Origin: a virus
Virus record (IMG/VR): IMGVR_UViG_3300013094_000033
Span: 1 to 64,000 of that record
Length of the DNA stretch: 64,000 nt
Direction: 5' to 3' (one strand)
The translations under genes were made by a program, and so were the position numbers. This document shows, one piece after another, positions 58,129 through 64,000 of the stretch. Below the pieces are notes generated by a model. It did not search any database and was not told the origin of the DNA. It saw only the letters and a program-made list of their open reading frames with translations. Positions within the stretch are counted from its first letter, which is position 1. Every line of letters begins with the position of its first letter.

Positions 58129-59181
58129 TTACTTCTTACCAGTGTTCTGCTTTTGAACACTCTTATCGTTAACTGGAATTGAGCCATCATCTCCGGCTAA
58201 TTTACCAGTTTCTTTTTCTTTAGTTTCTGCGCCACCACCTTGATGTGCTTGGTTAGACTTAAATCCAGTCTTTCCTGCGTCACCACCGGGTACGTTTTGG
58301 AATTTACCAGCGTGTGGCAAATTGCCTTCACCTTTGGTATATTCGTTGCTTGGTTGTGGAACGGGTTTGTTATCAGGGGACTCGTTAGCACCACCATTTG
58401 CAATGTTGTTTGACTCGCCACCAAAGTTAGCACCTGGGCCTACTGAGCCAGGCTTCTTATTGATAGTTGTTTTACCAGTTTTGTTGCCTGTACCAACTGC
58501 TGTACCTTCAGCTGCATCACCTTGACCGCCGTAGATATCACCAATCTTGTCAACATATTCACGCATTAATTGTGCTGTGGACTTGCTTTCCATTTTGCCA
58601 GAACCGCTTTTGCCGCTTCCAGACTTACCTGAACCGCTTACACCAGAACCGCTTTTGCCGCTTCCAGACTTACCTGAACCGCTTTTAGCAAAAGGATTAC
58701 CAGCTTCCATCATGCCCATACTTTCTTCTTCAGGATGTGGCTCTTCTTCACCAGCTGGCTCTTCACCTGCTGTTGCTATTTCCCCACCGCCCATGATTTC
58801 ATCAAACTTGGCTAATAGCTCGTCAAGTTTGCTGTCAATATTCATTACAGTACCTTCAATTTCTTGGTGCTCAGATGACAAATCATCAGCGTCTACTTCA
58901 CCATCAGCTGGCATGCTACCGCTCATATCGTCCATGTCATCCATGTCATCCATGTCGCCGTCCATTGGGGCTTCGTCGCCTTCGCCCATTGACTCTTCGG
59001 TACTAATTTCGTCAACCATGTCTTCAACTTGGTTGCCTGCGACTTCTTCCATAGATTCTTCATCCATGATAGATTCATAAATGTCGCGTGACTTCTCTAC
59101 AACGATGTCGTGAAATAAAGCACGAGCTTTGTCATCTTCATCGTTAATAATATATTCAATTAATTTTTCAAACTTGTTCAT
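58129..59181 (-). CDS. Acidic prohead core protein with (KSGSG)n repeats
   Basis: Lies between portal and protease; acidic N-terminal half and Gly/Lys-rich C-terminal half. Confidence 0.7.
   Translation of the reverse strand: MNKFEKLIEYIINDEDDKARALFHDIVVEKSRDIYESIMDEESMEEVAGNQVEDMVDEISTEESMGEGDEAPMDGDMDDMDDMDDMSGSMPADGEVDADDLSSEHQEIEGTVMNIDSKLDELLAKFDEIMGGGEIATAGEEPAGEEEPHPEEESMGMMEAGNPFAKSGSGKSGSGKSGSGVSGSGKSGSGKSGSGKMESKSTAQLMREYVDKIGDIYGGQGDAAEGTAVGTGNKTGKTTINKKPGSVGPGANFGGESNNIANGGANESPDNKPVPQPSNEYTKGEGNLPHAGKFQNVPGGDAGKTGFKSNQAHQGGGAETKEKETGKLAGDDGSIPVNDKSVQKQNTGKK
58598..58684. repeat. 42-nt direct repeat at 45-nt spacing, built from 15-nt units encoding KSGSG
   Basis: CCAGAACCGCTTTTGCCGCTTCCAGACTTACCTGAACCGCTT at 58598-58639 and 58643-58684. 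Confidence 0.9.
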
Positions 59182-59293
59182 TAGAACTCCTTAATAAGTT
59201 GGCTTTGTAAAGTTATTTACAAAACTACGCATATTTAGGGGTTAAATGGGTGTTTTTTGAATGATTTTAGAATACTATATAGTATTCAGGCTT

Positions 59294-59524
59294 TTATAAG
59301 CCGGGTGCACCGCCTTCGGCTGCCGGTTGATACTGTTTTGATACAGCTTTTAATTTCTTTTCATGTTCCAATTTACGAACATCGTGTCCTTTACGCAATT
59401 GGTTTAAATGCGCTAAAGTAAAGCGTGTAGCACCACGACTGTCAGTCTTTTTAGCTATATTCTGATCATCTTTCTCAGAGTAATAGCCTTCCGGTGCGTG
59501 ATCAAATAGTTCAAAAATGTTCAT
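59294..59524 (-). CDS. Small head-module protein
   Basis: 76 aa directly after the portal gene; TAAATA 5 nt before the ATG. Confidence 0.7.
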   Translation of the reverse strand: MNIFELFDHAPEGYYSEKDDQNIAKKTDSRGATRFTLAHLNQLRKGHDVRKLEHEKKLKAVSKQYQPAAEGGAPGL

Positions 59525-59546
59525 AATACTATTTAACCTTTTTTAA

Positions 59547-61256
59547 TTAAAGTGCTGGGCCACCGGCACCAATGGCACCTGCAGCGCCTTGCTCGCCGGG
59601 TCCACTTACACCACCAGGCACTCCGCCACCTTCAACACCTGTGTCAGGTCCCAATGATTCTAAGTCAGATGTAATACCACCCGGGCTAATACCAACACTA
59701 CGTGGGCTTGGTGCATCAGGGCTTGCAAGCTCAGTATCGCCGCGTTCTTCTGCCCATGCTTGTTCATTTTCACTGATTTCTTGTTCAGTCATTCCTAAAT
59801 AACGCTTCATTAACCAACGCTTACTAAAATAAGGCATAGGTTCTAGCTGTTGGAATGTAGCTATACGTGCACTATCAATGTCTGCTTGGCGATATTGTGC
59901 AAAGTTTTGTGGTTCATTAAATGTTAAATCAAATAATGATCCGTCAATATTAAAGCCTCTCCAACGCATAAACAGTTTAAATTCACTGTCTAACTTCTCA
60001 GCAATCATGCCTTGTAAACGTTGGCAGTATTGGTTAAAGCGCCATTCTTGTATAAGAGCTGTACCAACGCGACCATCTGTGTATGCTTGGCTACCGTCAT
60101 CAGCTGTAGTAGGCAAATAACTGCTAGGAATACGCAAACCACGGAATAACTTGTTAGTAAAGAAGCGCAAATCAGTGATTTCACCTAGATTAGCACCACC
60201 GGGTAGCACATCTACACTAGAACCACGTGCATCTGCTGTTACAGGGAAGAAGTAATCTTCATTTGTACTTAATGGATTATAAGTAGCATCCATCATTGAT
60301 GCATTTTGATTAGTTCCGCCACTCTGACTTGGTATACGACGTTGATGAATTTCGTTTTTGATACGTTCCACAAACGCCATAGCCAAGTGACTTGGCATGT
60401 TACCTACGTCAATTTTGAAGATACGACGTTCTGGAGCACGTTGCACACGGTAGATAATAATGCTATCTTCTAGCAATTCTTTTTGCTTAAAGACCTTAAA
60501 AATGTTCTCTAATACGCTGTTACCAAAGGGCCAATATACATCTAATCCCTCTGTTAAACTGATGTGTAAAACGTGTTCTGCGTTAATTGCAGCTTCATTT
60601 TTAGCGTGGCTAAAGCGTGAACCACCACCAAATGGGCTTTGTGGCTGTACATAAGCACCACTTGGGCCACCAGTTTGCGGGTGATTCATGTAAGTATCTG
60701 TAGTAGCAACCGCAGTAACTGTTAGATTTTGGAAATTGGGGTTTAAGTCTTTGATCAAGTACTGCTCAGGCTTTTTACCTTCGCCTTCGTTAACAATAAC
60801 TTTAGTAACTTTACTCATTTCTGTCCACATGAGTTTAAAGTTTTCTGGATCACGAATAAACACTTGATCGCCGTATTTTATTACGTTACGCACAATCTTA
60901 AACATGCGTTTGTTAAATTCATTAAGCGCAACCCACTGTTGCAGTTGTTCTTTAATAATGTTAACTTCGTTATCGCTAGGGTCTTCTTTAAATTTAATTC
61001 TGAAACTTGTGTGATTTTCTAAGTTCTTTTGGGTACAGAATTCAGCTAAAATGTCTAATGCAGCATTAACTTCTGAGTCCATATCCATTTGTTCGTACTG
61101 GTTATAACGCTCAACACGATTTGGTTGACCAGTGTAAACTTCAGGTAATTGGCTTTGATAGTTGCGATAAGACGCATCAGGCAAACGCCCAGCACCTAGT
61201 GGACTAATGTTACTAGGTAGATTGTTGGTTTTAAAGTACTTTTTCCAGCCGGCCAT
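59547..61256 (-). CDS. Portal protein (gp20-like)
   Basis: LLEDSIIIYRVQRAPERRIFKIDVGNMP, EDYFFP, LPGGANLGEITD, LRIPSSYL. Confidence 0.97.
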   Translation of the reverse strand: MAGWKKYFKTNNLPSNISPLGAGRLPDASYRNYQSQLPEVYTGQPNRVERYNQYEQMDMDSEVNAALDILAEFCTQKNLENHTSFRIKFKEDPSDNEVNIIKEQLQQWVALNEFNKRMFKIVRNVIKYGDQVFIRDPENFKLMWTEMSKVTKVIVNEGEGKKPEQYLIKDLNPNFQNLTVTAVATTDTYMNHPQTGGPSGAYVQPQSPFGGGSRFSHAKNEAAINAEHVLHISLTEGLDVYWPFGNSVLENIFKVFKQKELLEDSIIIYRVQRAPERRIFKIDVGNMPSHLAMAFVERIKNEIHQRRIPSQSGGTNQNASMMDATYNPLSTNEDYFFPVTADARGSSVDVLPGGANLGEITDLRFFTNKLFRGLRIPSSYLPTTADDGSQAYTDGRVGTALIQEWRFNQYCQRLQGMIAEKLDSEFKLFMRWRGFNIDGSLFDLTFNEPQNFAQYRQADIDSARIATFQQLEPMPYFSKRWLMKRYLGMTEQEISENEQAWAEERGDTELASPDAPSPRSVGISPGGITSDLESLGPDTGVEGGGVPGGVSGPGEQGAAGAIGAGGPAL

Positions 61257-61286
61257 ATTGTTCTCTGTTATGCTATATTTACCGCA

Positions 61287-63695
61287 TTAGGCTTGTGCCC
61301 ACAAGATCTTTTCCGAAGTATCTCTATGATCTTTAGTCACTGATAGCATTTGTGCCATTTTATCGTTTAGATCTGTTAAAAGTGCTACAGCCATATCGGA
61401 CTGAGCAGACTCAGTAAATCCAACTTTTTGCGAATTTGGCTTAGCATCTTGTTTTGCGTCTTTTCTAGCTTGTCTATCTTGCTCAATGTGTAAATGTTGC
61501 CCACCAGTTGGGTCTTCAGCATTAGAATGTCTTTCAGCATGATAGCCCGATCCCTTAAGCATTTGATTAATTTCATCTATATGGCTTAAAATATCTTTAC
61601 TGTTTATATCAGCAGCTTCGCCTTGTCTATGCAGACTATTTTCGTATTCTGCCCCTTGATGAAATCGATCGTTAAGGGCTGTAATCTTAGCACCAAATTT
61701 TTCTGCAATCTGTTCTGCAATTTTAACCAACGCAGGATCAGCGGCACCACCAGCAGTTGATTCTGCACCTTTATACAATGATTCTTTACCCGGAGTAGGA
61801 GTACCTGTAGGAGGTATAACATTGCCTGTATTACCTAAACGATTGTTTTCTTGTCTACGTTTGTTTGCTTCTTCAAGTTCTGCTTGTCTAGCGGCCCTGG
61901 CTTTTGCAATTTCTATTTGTTCTAGTTTTGCAATTTCGGCCGGATCTGCTCCGTTTTCTCTAGCACTTGCTACTGCTTCTGCAGCTTGATTAGCGTCTGC
62001 ACGTCGTTCGCTTACTGGAGCTGATGTGCCATATCCCGCTTCGCCTAATAGTTTATTAATAAGACCAGCAAATTTATCAACAGCATTTGAAAATATAGGT
62101 GTAGCAGAACCAAATTTTTCAATTAACACTTCATTAATTTTGTTTAACTTAGTTGCAATTGAGGCCATGTCGCCAAGACTTTTTATAGTAGTTTCATCGC
62201 CTGTTATTTTTAATTGATTAAGTCCCTCAATTGCACCTGCTATCTTAGGTATATCAGGACTAACTCCTGCGGCCTTTTGACGATCGTAAAAATCTTTTAC
62301 TGCTTCAACTGTATCAGCAGTTTTAGATGTACCTTTTAAAAGTCCCACTAACACTTCGTTTGCGTGTTTGACATATTCGTTGTCAGTATTTTGATTATAC
62401 TGTGCAACACCTGCCATTTGTTGTCTTTCACGTTCTCTAGCCGCAGTTTGATAATTTTGCAAATCATCTGCTTGTTTTTTAATTAATTCCTCAGTGGTAC
62501 CTTTCCACGTTTTGGTATAATCTAGTATGTGTTTAACTAATTCTGCTGTTGCACCAAACTGTGCTTGAGTAAACTGGTTATTGGTATTAATGATCTGACC
62601 GTTGCGCTGTATATATTCTGTGCCAAACTTGTCAAATGCTGGACCAAGTCTATCAGCAATTAAACTTAAAGTTTGATCTACTAGCGGTGCTGTTTCGCCA
62701 ATTTCTTTTTTAGCTAAAATATACCCAGCTTGTTCTTCACGTGCTTCTTGTTCTTTTTTAATAGAATCAAGATTTTTTCCAGTTAATTCAGTTAATGCTT
62801 TTTGTGCATACAAGTAATCCAGTGCACCTTTTTTAAGTTGCTCTTGATTTTTTATTACATCAATGCCAGCATTGGCTTGTCTGGCTGCATATTCCGCAAG
62901 TGCTGAATCAAATTCTGCAACACCACCGTACATCACCAATAACTGTTGATCGGTTTTTCTTAGATCTGCGCCCCACTTGCCAACAAAGTTAGCTGACGTA
63001 ACCATACTACCCGAGAACTTACTAAGGCTATCCGCAGAATCTGTTACAAATTTTGAAAAATAATCTAATCCTAAGTTTGATTTAACTGCTGCTTGTCGCA
63101 TTAACTCTAGGCTACCACCAAATGACAAACCTGTTTTACTCATTGAGTTATAAGTATTCAACATTTTTTGTGCATTTTGCAATTGCATTTCCATTACTTT
63201 AGTAGTAATGTCGATTGTTAATCCTAATGCTTTATCAGCAGCCGAGAATATTCCACCTATAAAAGGTATCCCAGTAAAGGCCGTTGCCACTACATCAGTG
63301 ACTGCCTTAATGGTATTGCCCATTAGTGTTAGTGTTGGCGCAACACTTGCAAATACTTCTGATGAATTATATGCTGAGTTAGCAGAGCCAATGGCACCTT
63401 CAGCAAAATTCTTTAATCCGCCAATGGATTTTTCCACTGCATCAGCAACTGCTTTATTACGCTGTTCTTCTTTTTTACCTAATTCTTCTTCTAGTTTAAT
63501 CTGTTCAGCAAGTTGCTCTGCTTGTTGAATGTTAACACCTTTTAGCTTTGCTATACTTTTAATATGAGCTTCTTCTTCTAATCGTCTTCGGGTAGCAGAT
63601 TTAGACAGTGATGCAAAATCGCTGTTTACAGACGAGATAGCAGACATGAGTTTGGTTAACTCGTCTGCTGTCATTGATGATGGGTCTAATGCCAT
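61287..63695 (-). CDS. Tape-measure-like / tail-associated protein with a C-terminal Zn peptidase (M15/LAS-type) domain
   Basis: Long helical Ala/Lys/Gln-rich body followed by SLHRQGEAADI...HLHIE. Confidence 0.7.
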   Translation of the reverse strand: MALDPSSMTADELTKLMSAISSVNSDFASLSKSATRRRLEEEAHIKSIAKLKGVNIQQAEQLAEQIKLEEELGKKEEQRNKAVADAVEKSIGGLKNFAEGAIGSANSAYNSSEVFASVAPTLTLMGNTIKAVTDVVATAFTGIPFIGGIFSAADKALGLTIDITTKVMEMQLQNAQKMLNTYNSMSKTGLSFGGSLELMRQAAVKSNLGLDYFSKFVTDSADSLSKFSGSMVTSANFVGKWGADLRKTDQQLLVMYGGVAEFDSALAEYAARQANAGIDVIKNQEQLKKGALDYLYAQKALTELTGKNLDSIKKEQEAREEQAGYILAKKEIGETAPLVDQTLSLIADRLGPAFDKFGTEYIQRNGQIINTNNQFTQAQFGATAELVKHILDYTKTWKGTTEELIKKQADDLQNYQTAARERERQQMAGVAQYNQNTDNEYVKHANEVLVGLLKGTSKTADTVEAVKDFYDRQKAAGVSPDIPKIAGAIEGLNQLKITGDETTIKSLGDMASIATKLNKINEVLIEKFGSATPIFSNAVDKFAGLINKLLGEAGYGTSAPVSERRADANQAAEAVASARENGADPAEIAKLEQIEIAKARAARQAELEEANKRRQENNRLGNTGNVIPPTGTPTPGKESLYKGAESTAGGAADPALVKIAEQIAEKFGAKITALNDRFHQGAEYENSLHRQGEAADINSKDILSHIDEINQMLKGSGYHAERHSNAEDPTGGQHLHIEQDRQARKDAKQDAKPNSQKVGFTESAQSDMAVALLTDLNDKMAQMLSVTKDHRDTSEKILWAQA

Positions 63696-63760
63696 ATTTA
63701 ATATACTCAGTTAATAGTACAAGATAAGTACTTATATCAAATATTTATGGAGATAAAAAC

Positions 63761-64000
63761 ATGTCAAATTCAGTCGCAAATCCTTTGGCTAAACATTTTA
63801 GACAACCTGCATTGTATTTAAAATTGCCCAGTAATGGCCGTTGGTACCCCGAGGGTACATTGGATTTGCCAGTCACAGGCGAAATTCCAGTGTACCCAAT
63901 GACTGCAAAAGATGAAATAATGTTTAAAACACCAGATGCATTAATGAATGGTACCAGTACTATGGAAGTTATACAAAGTTGCTGTCCAAGTATTAAGAAT
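63761..64000 (+). CDS. Baseplate hub subunit (gp26-like), truncated by the window end
   Basis: MSNSVANPLAKHFRQPALYLKLPSNG...IPVYPMTAKDEIMFKTPDALMNG; GGAG RBS. Confidence 0.75.
   Translation, partial: MSNSVANPLAKHFRQPALYLKLPSNGRWYPEGTLDLPVTGEIPVYPMTAKDEIMFKTPDALMNGTSTMEVIQSCCPSIKN

Noticed and set aside
2329-63528. Numerous short opposite-strand or nested ORFs in the track (e.g. 3359-3886, 26099-26476, 40549-41010, 58547-59080)
   Set aside because: They are antisense or alternate-frame shadows of well-supported genes, with no RBS or recognisable motifs.
1160-64000. Stop-codon reassignment
   Set aside because: Core genes are full length in the standard code and end in TAA, TAG or TGA without fragmentation.

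Overview
This window is part of a large, AT-rich, T4-superfamily myovirus ('jumbo'-type) phage genome in the standard genetic code, with most genes on the minus strand. From right to left it holds: a partial baseplate-hub gene; a tape-measure-like protein with a peptidase domain; a T4-order head module (portal, core, protease, scaffold, major capsid); a ~14 kb block of S/T/G-rich fibre and structural genes; neck and tail-terminator genes; dNMP kinase; tail sheath and tube; head-completion nuclease; putative internal head proteins; large terminase; gp32 SSB; UvsX and UvsY; and the start of a tRNA region. An accessory enzyme set is interleaved: four radical SAM proteins, three eroded ANL adenylation-fold proteins, two sulfotransferase-like proteins and a methyltransferase. 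The most unusual part is the first 1.15 kb, which the ORF track does not explain. Read on the minus strand it has: (1) a 48-codon leader ORF using all 20 amino acids and 34 different codons, whose 3' end forms an antiterminator mutually exclusive with an intrinsic terminator, i.e. a candidate general translation/tRNA-sensing attenuator; (2) a structured non-coding segment; (3) two tandem sigma70 promoters followed by a boxB/boxA-like antitermination signal; (4) two tandem, covarying copies of an unidentified ~220-nt structured RNA immediately upstream of tRNA-Asp. All calls come from reading motifs by eye; no searches or folding programs were run.
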